A DNA stretch of 64,000 nt from Tubiluchus corallicola (taxonomy: Eukaryota > Animalia > Priapulida). Made by a program: the position numbers and the translations under genes. The stretch is taken from the NCBI GenBank assembly GCA_030141605.1, contig JAQGDQ010000051.1:124001-188000 (forward strand), given 5' to 3'. This document shows, one piece after another, positions 25,601 to 36,433 of this stretch. The notes under the pieces were generated by a model. The model worked only from the letters and a program-made list of their open reading frames with translations, ran no database searches and was not told the DNA's origin. Each line of letters opens with the position of its first letter. Positions within the stretch are counted from its first letter, which is position 1.

Positions 25601-28600
25601 ATAACACGCGAACATTCTACCTAGTCCTCATTTTTAACACAAAGCCCGTAGCAGCGTTTACTGAATTACAGCAGCGTAGCAGCTTTTTGCTGAATTAAAG
25701 CTATAAGATTATAGACAGAATACAATGGATGACGTCACAACAATGCCTTTGCGTCAATAGTTTTCTAAGCGAAAATTGCCGAAAATAGAACTCCTAATTA
25801 ACTCGCCAAGACTCCTCTCGGTGGACCTGCCCTAACATATAGCCCACACCATCGTGTAGCCCCGTTCTTCCTCTTTGTAAAGTCCCCATATCTCCTTCCG
25901 AGAGTCCCACCGGGCGACGCTAGAACGTTTTTCCCGCAGGCTGTTTGGTCAAAATTTAGAAAAAATCGCGAGTTGGGTCCGGGAAAACGCCCGTTGCAAG
26001 GCGCCCAGCACCACCCTCGGCCCATTCCCGTTCTCTACATCTCAGGCGTATAACTTTTGCAAAAAATGGCCGAAAAATGGCCATTTTTGGAGGTTTTTCG
26101 CCCCCCGTTCCTCGCGGTGGGCCCGATTCGAAAAATAAACCCCCAATGAGACGACACTAGATCGAGACCTTTCGTTTGATATATAGATCGCCGCAAATGG
26201 TGCCCTCGTCCGGGCTGTAGCCTCGAATCTTATATATAAATAAATATATATATTAAGATACCAAGAATATTAATATAATAGATCTAAAATTTATAGCTTT
26301 ATTAGTACATCTGAATTTATTTATCGTACTTTATTAAAACATTGTGAATAAATTTGAATTTATTCACTTTCTGAAAGCATGATTTATTTTGCTTTTTTGA
26401 GATTAATAAATAACGCAACTAACAACGTAAAGAATGTGCTGGAATTTATGAGTGATACATTTGGATTTTGCCGAGGGTTCATTATCAGTCAGTGATACCT
26501 TGTACATCTGTAAAACAGTAAGAATGTACTAGTTTAGCACTAGTACTCTTTTGCCCTTGTATACCGTGGTAGATCTACACTTTGTCATTGATTAATGAAG
26601 TCTCAGAAAATTCTCAATATATTACTGATGAACTCCAGCAATTTCTTTGTGTGGTTAATTATTATTTGGACAATAGTTTCAGCTAAGCGTTTTTTTACTT
26701 ATTTTAAAATGCTATTTTGTAAATTACAGGTCTGGGGTGATGCTGCAGTCCAGATATTTTTCTCACTATCGCCGTGCTGGGGCGGACTTATTACACTGGC
26801 TTCATACAACAAGTTTCACAATAATTGTTACAGGTTAGTGATTTTTTCAGATTTAGAAATAACATGTTGCTAAAAGCATATTTTTTACATAATGCTGTTT
26901 TTTACAGTCAGATTGACATACAAACGTAAAGTCTCATATTCAATAGAAATGCTATGTGCGTCTGTATTTCTGTAGCATAAAGCAATGTTGTGCTCTTCTA
27001 ACTTTATTCACAAAACTTTTGCAATGTTGAGCTTTTCTAACTTTATTCACAAAACTTTTGCAATGTTGAGCTTTTCTAACGTTATTCACAAAACTTTTGC
27101 AATGTTGTGCTTTTCTAACTTCATTCACAAACTTTTGCAATGTTGTGCTTTTCTAACTTCATTCACAAACTTTCGCAATGTTGTGCTTTTCTAACTTCAT
27201 TCACAAACTTTCGCAATGTTGTGCTTTTCTAAATTTATTCACAAAACTTTCGCAATGTTGTGCTCTTCTAACTTTATTCACAAAACTTTTGCAATGTTGA
27301 GCTTTTCTAACTTTATTCACAAAACTTTTGCAATGTTGAGCTTTTCTAACGTTATTCACAAAACTTTTGCAATGTTGTGCTTTTCTAACTTCATTCACAA
27401 ACTTTCGCAATGTTGTGCTTTTCTAACTTTATTCACAAAACTTTCACAATGTTGTGCTTTTCTAACTTTATTCACAAAACTTTCACAATGTTGTGCTCTT
27501 CTAACTTTATTCACAAAATTTTCGCAATGTTGAGCTTTTCTAACTTTATTCACAAAACTTTCACAATGTTGTGCTTTTCTAACTTTATTCACAAAACTTT
27601 TCCAATGTTATGCTTTTCTAATGTTATTCACAAAACTTTCGCAATGTTGTGCTTTTCTAACTTTATTCACAAAACTTTCGCAATTTTGTGCTTTTCTAAC
27701 TTTATTCACAAAACTTTCGCAATGTTGAGCTTTTCTAATGTTATTCACAAAACTTTCTTGTCTTATCGTATTTTTCCTTGTATATAATCTAGTTCAACAG
27801 ATTGGCATTATGCCAATGTATTATGATAGTCAGATATGAACTCTGTTTAATACTAATGTCTGACCATGTGTGATATATGTCTGATCATCTAGTTTTTCGA
27901 AACTTGGAGATGATCAGAATATATGAGCCATTGATTGAGCGGTTGCTGTTCTTTGACTATATTAGTAAATAACATTGACTTGTAACTGGAAGATTGACGT
28001 CCAAGTGCAGCAGATATTGGGTTTTACCTACTATATCATTTCAACTAAATCTGTCCTTGAGGTCAAGACTTTCTGCCTGGTTAGCTGTCTCTTCTACGAG
28101 GATTATCTTTGGTGATGAGTCATGTTTGAGTCTACATGTTGAATACCTTCTTCCAGGACACCAAAGTGCATATGAAAAATAAAATCAGGCCATTTTTAAT
28201 GTTCTGGTTTTGAGTGGATAACAGTGTTACACTCCGCTTCTGCTGTACCTGATATCTGCTGAGTGCAAATATGAGAAATTTTACTCTTTCTTGTTTTAAT
28301 GTTAACAAAATTGGTATCAGTGCAGTATAGTTGGAATCCTCTGTATTGGAATTGGAATTACTTCTTTTTTAATTTTCCTGGATTGTTTTAGATTTGAAAC
28401 TTGTTAAATATTGAGGTCTGTTTGGTCAATTTGCTTTTGTGATGTACTAAACACATTGCGACCCCTGTTGTACTTTTCAAACCCAGAGTTCTGTACAATG
28501 GGTTTTCATTTGCTCACAGTTTTTCATTGATAAATATGTTCTTTTCTAGAGATGCACTTATCGTGAGTTTTGGCAACTGTCTCACTAGTTTTTATGCAGG

Positions 28601-31600
28601 CTTTGTCATATTTTCTATTCTTGGATTTATGGCTCATACACTTGGAGTAGAAGTGGAGGAAGTTGCTGATAAAGGTATTTATTAAATAAAAAACCATCTT
28701 ACTCTATTGTAGCAGCAAACGTCAGTTGCCTTTGATATTTGGACTTTATTTTTTCATCAACTTAAGTACTCGATGTAAATTGAATTTATATAATTTGTAT
28801 TTAATGAATTAAATTACCTAGCTACCATTCACAGATGATATCACAGGACGTTCATGAACAGACCAACTGTTTTTTAAGCTGAGAGTATTGTTTTAAAAAT
28901 TTTACGGATATTTCAAGAATATGTTGAATTTCTAGGAGCTGGATTAGCATTTGTTGCATATCCTGAAGCAGTGTCGAGGTTACCTGGTGCACAAGTCTGG
29001 TCTTTTCTTTTTTTCTTTATGCTGATCACCTTAGGCCTCGGTACACAGGTAAATCTACTAGCCGCTCTCCACAGCTTAATGTTGATGTAGAATTAGGACC
29101 TTAAAATTGTCTCTTAAGAAACAAGCAATTGACAGCTGGTATTTTAAACTTCACTTAATGTTACACAGCTTCCTAGTCCATATCAATCAATATTCTGTGA
29201 ATGTATCATTTAAAGGCTGCTTTTCACTAACTTGTAGATTGCAATTTTTGCTCAAAAACATGACGTCCATTATTTGACTGAAATTTTGTGCAAGGCTAGC
29301 AATCTCTTTCTGCAAAGCGCCATATTATAGATCATTTAGCATTTAAATGAATTCTCACTATTTACCACAATTGAAAGATCTTTTTTGTACTTATAAGTTC
29401 ATTAAACACTTTATTTTTAGTTTACCATTATGGAGACAGTCATTACAACAGTGACAGAAGAATTTCCTAAGTTACTAAGAAAGCGCAAGTGGATGGTTGT
29501 TAGTGGAGTCAGTGCAGTCTTTTACATAGTTGGGCTTTTGTTTTGTTCCAGAGTAAGTGGCAGTTTGTTTTTTTAATACGCAGACATTAGATTTAGATTT
29601 ATTTATTCATACATTTAGCACAATATTACAAAATACAAGTCATACAATTAAAAATTGACAATACGTTGTGGTGCTGTGAGCATAGCAGAATAAGTTAACT
29701 TATAAGTTATGCTCAACATGAATAAGACTTAATTATGACATAAACAAAAAGGGCGTTAAATGGAGCAAAAGAAACAGATGCGAGAAGATGATAATGACGA
29801 TGTTGATGATGATAATGATGACAACGATGGTGAAATTAATGCTGTTGACAATGGTGGTGATGATGATAATGATGATGAATTGGTGCTAATGATGATGATA
29901 CACCAGGATTGATAATCTAAGCCATTATTACTTAAATGGTTGAGAAATTTTTTAGACAAGTAATGTATCATTTATATCCAACTCATGCAAAATTAACTCT
30001 AACATCTTTTGTCAAGTATCTTAGCTAGTGTTTTGTATTTCAGCAATTTAGTGACAACGCTTATTTTACTGTGTTAAACGATATTTAAATAATTTGAATT
30101 ATTTTAGGCTGGCATGTATGTTCTACAGTTGATTGATAGTTATGCTGCTACCTGGTCTGTTTTGATTATTGGCTTTATTGAGTGCTTTGCTATTTCTTGG
30201 ATTTATGGTAAGTATAGTGAACATATATTAAATGCTCATACTTTTGCTGAATTAGACTAACATAGCAGTTAATTAAAGTAAGAGAAAAATAATGAAAATG
30301 TTCTTTTTTTATTTCATTTAAGGAGATAATTCATCAGAGTATGATTTAGCTAGATTTCAAACTTTAAAAATTGGCAGTTTTACTGAAATCAGTTTCCTGT
30401 TTTAGTTAAGTGCAAATATTATTATATATCTTTACGGAGGACAGTTAAAAAATTAATGTTTATTTTTGTTTATCTTGCTTTAAAGTTTAAGCATTATTTG
30501 TCATCACAATTGTAAAAATGGTTATTAGATTGAACACATTTTTGTTTTGACAAACCTGTTCCTCCCTGTGAATTTCATATTCAAATTTTGTGTGAATCTT
30601 GTAAATTTAATTTTATCACTTACATGTAAGTTTCTAAGCAGTCATTGTTACAGTTTATGCTGCATTGTTTTCTGTACGCTTTTCAGTATTTACAGTAGAA
30701 AGTTCTCTTTGCATGGATGAAAGGGTCTTTCTATAAATACAAAACCTTGTGTGTTTGTGTTGTTTGCCAACCGAATTGGTGTTAGTTTGTTTTTGAATGT
30801 TGTGATTGTTCTGCATTAAATCACCTGTTTTCTAAAGGACATTTCACACTTGGCATGAGAAGATACTCTTTGTGACTTTCTGTGGAATTATTCTTCCTAA
30901 ATTGACCCCTTTGTCGTACTTATAAGAAATATATATTATGTAAATCAATATATTTTGTCCATATGTACATCTATGGATCATGTATTAACAGTTTTTTTTT
31001 GTACAGGTATTGATAACTTCCTTGCAAACATTAAGCAGATGCTGAGAAAAGATGTTTGGCCATACATATATTGGAAAGTCTTGTGGAAATTTATTGTTCC
31101 ATTAATTATTATAGTAAGTGATGTTAATTGCTATACTAATTTTTATGAGCTTCATTAAACATTGTATCATACTGAAAATGAGCTCTTAAAATAAGGACCA
31201 CTCTGCTGTTTGTTCCTATAAAACCAGGAACCTTACATTGTAATTTCATTACCACCGAGCCAATGTCTAATATTCTTGTTATTCAGTTTAACACACTGGA
31301 ATGGAAATTTGTGTCCAGTGTGCAGTATTAGGGCATTATGTTTGTGGCTAGCTTAGAACTTAGCTCATTATCAAGGACAGACCACTAGGGCGAGCTTATG
31401 GAGCAACAGAAGTGTTTTGGCTATGTTCAGAAGTTTGTACATCTATGCTCGATAAGAAAGAACTTGAGGAAGTATGGCAATGAACGCATTGGCTGCCACT
31501 CATTTGTTTACTGACAAGGCCAAGCACTGTTTGACTTTGATTGCTGAACATTCAATGTTTAGTGCAGTCTGTCTCCGCACACTTGCAAAAAATATTGATG

Positions 31601-34324
31601 TCATTTACAAAATATTGAATAGGTCGGCTTAACAATACTGTTACTAGGAAGAATTCTGTATTATTCTGTAATTTTTCTGTATTCTTGTTATTTATAAGCA
31701 TTATTTGTATCATACTTGTGTTATCTTTTATAATCCAAAAACCGAATAACTTCTCAATTAGAATGTCAATTAGAATGATTGCTTATGATATTTATAAATG
31801 CTTAGTAGAGAAATATGTTTCCAATTTCAGTTTGTTAAACTTTTGTATTGATAGAGCTGTGTGTTGTGTATGATTGAAATCATTTAATTCTTTTTTTGGA
31901 CTTGTATTTTACTTTATTTGCTGTTTTAGTCATGGCAGGCTTATTGCATACATTCGTTCGCATAAATTCATTTTGGAATGTACATGTATTCAAGCAGCAA
32001 ATAATTGAATCAAATAATTTTATTGAATGAATTTAATGCTGAATGTTTAATGGAAACCACATTGTTCAGTTTTTTAATGTTAACGAAGTTAAAAGGTTGA
32101 TTCTTTATTTAGTTCATCATGTTATTCACTTGGATTGACTTCAGTCCAATCACCTATGGTAACTATGATTATCCATCATGGGCTGATGCACTTGGTTGGG
32201 TGTTATCATTTACATCTGTATCAGCCATACCAATTGTAGCGTGTCTGATGATTTATAGAGAAGATGGCACCATTATACAGGTATGTATTGGTGTATTTAG
32301 TTGTTGAACGACTTTTATGAAAATTGCTGTAAACATAACAGTAAGTTGCTTGGTATAAGACATTATAGTGAAATAAATAAAAAAAGAAATTAAATAAAAA
32401 TGGCAAACAATTTATAATTACACGTAAAAAACTGACGAAACTGTAAATTCTAAACAACAATGAGCGGACAAAGAAATTCATTATGGAGTTTTATTTTAAA
32501 TTGCCAGATTATAATCAAGTGGGGAAAAGTCTTTATGTGGTCAGTAGATGGCGAAACATTATCATGCTTGCAAGAAAGGCAAAGTATATTGTGCCAACTG
32601 TCAAGCATTTAACAGAATTTTACTCACTTTGCTATGCTAGCAGTAACTTGCTCCCAGACACTTAACAGCCACCCAGTAGTTGACGCCGAATAATGGGCCT
32701 CTAGCTTCTAAATTATAGTGTATTAAGTTCGCGCTTAATCTGAACTAATTCACCCTCTACCTCCAGTTTATACCAGGTGACTGATCAGTCACCAAATTGA
32801 AGGCCTATCTGGGGTGCCAGTAAAAAGCAACAAAATATTGAAGAATTTGTTTAGGTTTTAGACTAGTGAGTATTGTCACAAAGTTGTTAAGATGCTGCAG
32901 TACAAAATCTTCTCATTTACAAACCGTTTATTAAGATACTGCAATATATTGAGAATTTTATTGGAAATCAACCATTTATTTATTTATTTATTGTCAGCTA
33001 TGACATTGAATAATTGCAATATTAGCCTAGCCTGAGTCACCATACTTGCAGAGCGGGCACCTGAGATAAGAGTTCTGGTAATGGTGTAGTGACTGGTGAC
33101 CTCCGGCTTGTTTTTCGATTATTACACAACTCCTCCTAGGTTAGTTCAAAATTTTTTTCACGTATATTTATGTAGTGCAGGATAGATGTGCACCTGCAAT
33201 TTCAAAAAGCTGGGATTCTCTCTAAGTGTCTGAGATACGAGCCAAAATGTAAAAATTAGAGCAAACCATTTTGTCAGTCAACTCCTCTTACATTATTGAA
33301 CTAGAAGTCTATGTTTTTGCATATGTGTATAGTCAAGTAAGCATAGATGTGCAATAGGTATGTTTTAGAAAGTGGGCTGGCCAAGTCACGTGACATGGGC
33401 AGAAGTGCTAAAACGGGGTTTGTCAATAACTGGAAAAGTAAACAAGCTGGAGTCACAAAGCTTGCAGGGCAGCTACCTGGGGTATGGGCTCACTCAATGG
33501 AATACTGTTTGATGACCTTTGGTCAAAGGTCAAGGACAGTAGACATCTATCAGTTTTTCGTTAGGCACTATTTCCTCCAACAGTTTTTAACTAGGACTAC
33601 AATTTTTGGCTGTGCCTAGGTGGTGTCAAGTTCTTGCACGTGCCTAAATATGGGTCACTATAAAACTTTTGCTAATGGCCAAAAACCGAAGATGGGTGCG
33701 TTGGTCACAGACATTTTTCCATTGTTGAGAAACAGTAGCTTGCAATGTATCAAATGAAAGGTCTTGATGAAACAAATTGAATGGTTTAGATTGAGTCAAT
33801 TTTGGTTGACTCATCACTTAGGGGACAAAAAGTGATTAGTTCTCTTATTACTAAACAAAATGCAATTTCTATGCTATGTAATCAAGCATGGAAAATTCAC
33901 TGAAGGCAGCATTTACACTTAGACCGCTGACCGAAGGGGTTGTGTGTCCAAAGTGACAGTTCCGATTTCATTGAAATGAAATGGTAATCAAGTATAGCGA
34001 GTTATAACAGCGGTCCAATAAACTAGTATATTAGAAGATTTGGTAAAAAGTTAAATGTATTTTTCTTTACAGAGGATTCGGAACTTATGCAAGCCTGCTC
34101 CAGATTGGGGACCAGCGCTTGCCAAGCATCGAGCAGAAAACTTATTTAAATCACTCGATGATTATCAGTTTACCAGTCCTCACTCAACCAGACCCATGAT
34201 TGTTTCTGACTCTCAGCTACCTTTAGCTAAACATCACAGCAAGGCTAGTGAGATACAAGAAGACGGTATAGAAAATCCTGGCCAGATGCGGATAATGGAC
34301 ATAAAACGCGAAACATCGATGTAA
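16435..34324 (+). CDS. SLC6 sodium- and chloride-dependent neurotransmitter/amino-acid transporter, glycine-transporter-like (SLC6A9/SLC6A5-like); 14 exons, start exon upstream
   Basis: The 14 GT-AG exons listed below join in frame (2007 nt, 668 aa plus stop). SNF-family motifs: [122 protein letters not shown] and PAPDWGP. Confidence 0.95.
17641..17772 (+). CDS. SLC6 exon (TM2: [43 protein letters not shown])
   Basis: aag acceptor; gtgaga donor. Missing from the ORF track but in frame. Confidence 0.93.
21713..21856 (+). CDS. SLC6 exon (TM3: VGYGMFIVS...[11 protein letters not shown])
   Basis: tttcag acceptor; gtaagc donor. Confidence 0.93.
22226..22394 (+). CDS. SLC6 exon (extracellular loop 2: [10 protein letters not shown]...KMPSDEYFH)
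   Basis: tttcag acceptor; gtacgt donor; PSDEYF motif; phases fit both neighbours. Confidence 0.88.
23073..23205 (+). CDS. SLC6 exon (TM4: NFVLGISDG...GIKTSGK)
   Basis: tag acceptor; gtacgt donor. Confidence 0.93.
23532..23666 (+). CDS. SLC6 exon (TM5: [10 protein letters not shown]...SRLASAK)
   Basis: ttttag acceptor; gtaagt donor. Confidence 0.93.
23691..23730. repeat. (CA)n/(CACG)n microsatellite
   Basis: Seen directly in the sequence. Confidence 0.85.
23945..26282 (-). mobile_element. Non-autonomous Helitron tandem array (three head-to-tail units) in an SLC6 intron
   Basis: On the minus strand the array starts A|TCTATTATATTAATATTC (26282) and ends CGCAAAA-TC-TTTTGCG-gggccttt-g-CTAG|T (23945). 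These are the 5'-TC and 3'-CTAG termini, subterminal hairpin and AT insertion site without TSD typical of Helitrons. Units 23945-24704 and ~25553-26282 are similar copies; the middle unit 24705-~25552 carries a CAC-rich satellite. Confidence 0.8.
24745..25450. repeat. Degenerate (CACAC/CAC)n satellite followed by (GAT)n, inside the middle Helitron unit
   Basis: C/A-only low complexity sequence; it produces the spurious His/Thr/Pro and Val/Trp/Cys ORFs. Confidence 0.9.
26730..26833 (+). CDS. SLC6 exon (TM6: [19 protein letters not shown]...NNCYR)
   Basis: ttacag acceptor; gttagt donor. Confidence 0.93.
26982..27757. repeat. 39-bp minisatellite (~20 copies, some 38 bp)
   Basis: Unit gcaatgttg(t/a)gcttttctaactttattcacaaaacttt(t/c), contiguous with no spacers. 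Confidence 0.95.
28550..28674 (+). CDS. SLC6 exon (TM7: [18 protein letters not shown]...EEVADK)
   Basis: tttctag acceptor; gtattt donor. Confidence 0.93.
28936..29048 (+). CDS. SLC6 exon (EL4/TM8: [12 protein letters not shown]...LGLGTQ)
   Basis: ttctag acceptor; gtaaat donor. Confidence 0.93.
29421..29552 (+). CDS. SLC6 exon (TM8/TM9: [16 protein letters not shown]...LLFCSR)
   Basis: tttttag acceptor; gtaagt donor. Confidence 0.92.
29785..29898. repeat. Degenerate (GAT)n microsatellite
   Basis: Seen directly, within an SLC6 intron. Confidence 0.75.
30108..30207 (+). CDS. SLC6 exon (TM10: [17 protein letters not shown]...ISWIYG)
   Basis: ttttag acceptor; gtaagt donor. Confidence 0.93.
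31007..31113 (+). CDS. SLC6 exon (TM11: [12 protein letters not shown]...[10 protein letters not shown])
   Basis: gtacag acceptor; gtaagt donor. Confidence 0.92.
32113..32280 (+). CDS. SLC6 exon (TM12: [29 protein letters not shown]...TIIQ)
   Basis: tttag acceptor; gtatgt donor. Confidence 0.93.
33020..33841. mobile_element. Probable interspersed repeat (possibly a Helentron/HINE-like non-autonomous element)
   Basis: GC-richer block in the last SLC6 intron with imperfect subterminal inverted motifs (cctagcctgagtcacc near 33025; gttgactcatcacttagg near 33805). The family assignment is a guess. Confidence 0.3.
34073..34324 (+). CDS. SLC6 last coding exon ([14 protein letters not shown]...RETSM*)
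   Basis: ttacag acceptor; PxxDWGP motif; TAA at 34322-34324. Confidence 0.92.
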   Translation, partial: RIRNLCKPAPDWGPALAKHRAENLFKSLDDYQFTSPHSTRPMIVSDSQLPLAKHHSKASEIQEDGIENPGQMRIMDIKRETSM

Positions 34325-36278
34325 AGACGCACATTTCTTGTAAATATATTCCTCAGGGTTTTTACATCACCAAGTGATTATTGTAATTAATGCACCATTG
34401 TAAAACAAATAAATCAGTTGTGGTATCGTGTCTTGTTATTGCTATGTACTTCTTAACAACTGATTCATATCTCATGAAATAAGGTTGTGATTTTTTTCTG
34501 TATATTATCAACTTTTTCTTTCCAGGCTACGCAAATTTGGTTTTACAACAGCCAGCTATTATAATGGTAACAGCAATATGGTATTTTGCAAAATATTAAT
34601 TACTAGTTTTTTTATAAATGGTAGAATAAGTTTGTGATTTCATTACTGTCTGACATGTAGCAGTGTCACAACTATTAACTAAAACAAAAAACAAACTTTT
34701 TATAGTTTCTTAATAAACAACTAGTGGAGAGTGTGAGTTTATTAGTACCGTAATATCATCTTTATTTGCATTATAATTTTTAGGGGAAACAATTACGTTG
34801 CATTTAATTAGTAACATCTTGAACATATTAAATGATAGGTTGCCATAAATTATTGTTTAATTTTTCCTAGAAATTTCCTAAATTGTATTACTATATAGTA
34901 ATACATTCGTGCTTCTGACTTAGAATTTAGGCCAGCTAAAACAGAGTTAGTTAACAGTAGTGTCAATTATTTTCTGTTTTTGGTAGCATTTACAACGAGT
35001 AAGTTGCAAAAATATGGAGCAGCACTTAGTATAAGAAAGGTAGGGTATTCAGTATGGTCTTTTCTTGAAAATTTTTAGCTTGAAAAAAACTAAATGTTGA
35101 TAAGCTAAACAATGTTTTGTGTGGTTTTTGTCCATAGTACTTGTTGTAAGTTATTATTTGATAGCGTTATCAATGTTATTTTTGATGTGACATATCAATT
35201 TTTGAATCTCAATAGAAGCTGACAAATTTTTGCGCGCTTGCAAAGCTAGTTTATGTAGCTATGGTGGTGCAATAATAAGGCGTAACAGTTTAAGTTTGAA
35301 ATGTAAAGGAAAGTCTTTTTTTATTTGGCACAGTTGTAAATGTATTGCACTATCTAATCACATGTTTTCCTATGTAACTAAAATTAGTTACTGTGGCTCG
35401 AGAATGCGTGTTCCCTCAGCTCCGTTTTTTTGCTTGAAGCAAGTAAACATCAATTTTGTGTAACGGTGCACTAAAGTAATTTTTCCTGTCTTAATGTTAC
35501 TGTGTATGATGATTACTCAAATAAATTGGTAGTAGTATTATTCAGTTGCAAATTTCCAAAGGCATTTGCTATTGTCTATTTTACATATATGACAATGAAT
35601 GCTGCCATTGCTGTGCTTTGTCAGTGAGTGCTGAATTTCTTCTGCATTAGCTAAGTGTACACTGCGAATGTTGTTTGTATGCTGTTGATGGCATACTGTA
35701 AAAAGTAAGTACACTAGTTTTCTGAATAAACGCTTTATGCGATAGTACATAAAATGGTTGACTTTTACTAAATTGTTCTTTAAGAATTGAACGAGTTTTT
35801 TCATATGCTTAACAAGTGAAAAAGCTAGTACTTGTGTGAAACAGACCTAAATTGTTAGTACTTAGCCTTTTTGATATTGCATTTTTCATGTGGTAGAAAC
35901 AATGACCTCTATAATTTTGTTAATGTAAAACTAAAATGTGTGCCAACGGAATTTCATAAAATCTCAATTGTTCCTTTGTCATCTGTATTAGAAGTGTTTT
36001 AATGCATTTACAAAAACATTGGAAGCATGTATTGTGTATATTATGGTGCTCTCAATTTTTGATGAATTTCTACTAATAATTAAAACTTGCACTAGACGCA
36101 CATCAAAACAATTTTGTGCAATTCAAGATTTTTTGAGACTTGGTGGTGAATAAAGTTCTATGATTTTGTAGGAGCTTCAACTGACTTAAAATAATGTCTT
36201 AAAAGTATACTTTGAGATTTGTTAGAATGTTTCCCAACTGTGATAAGCACAATAAGTGTAAACAGTTTTCATAATTTG

Positions 36279-36433
36279 TAAAAATATTGTTCATTACCAT
36301 CAGCAAGAATAAAACTTGCTAACCAAATAGCGAAAAAGGGTGGGCTTCCTTGCTGCTTATAAAAATATTGTTCATTACTATCAGCAAGAATAAAACTTGC
36401 TAACCAAATAGCAAAAAAAGGCGGGCTTCCTTG
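36279..36433. repeat. Tandem duplication of a ~80-bp unit (2 copies)
   Basis: aaaaatattgttcattac(c/t)atcagcaagaataaaacttgctaaccaaatagc...gggcttccttgc occurs twice. Confidence 0.88.

Noticed and set aside
24730-25607. 283-aa His/Thr/Pro-rich ORF and the antisense Val/Trp/Cys ORFs
   Set aside because: They are translations of a CAC-rich satellite that lacks stop codons in several frames. The region is intronic and inside a Helitron-like unit.
26952-27787. Periodic ORFs or a CRISPR-like array
   Set aside because: The 39-bp units are contiguous with no unique spacers, there are no cas genes, and the context is a eukaryotic intron.
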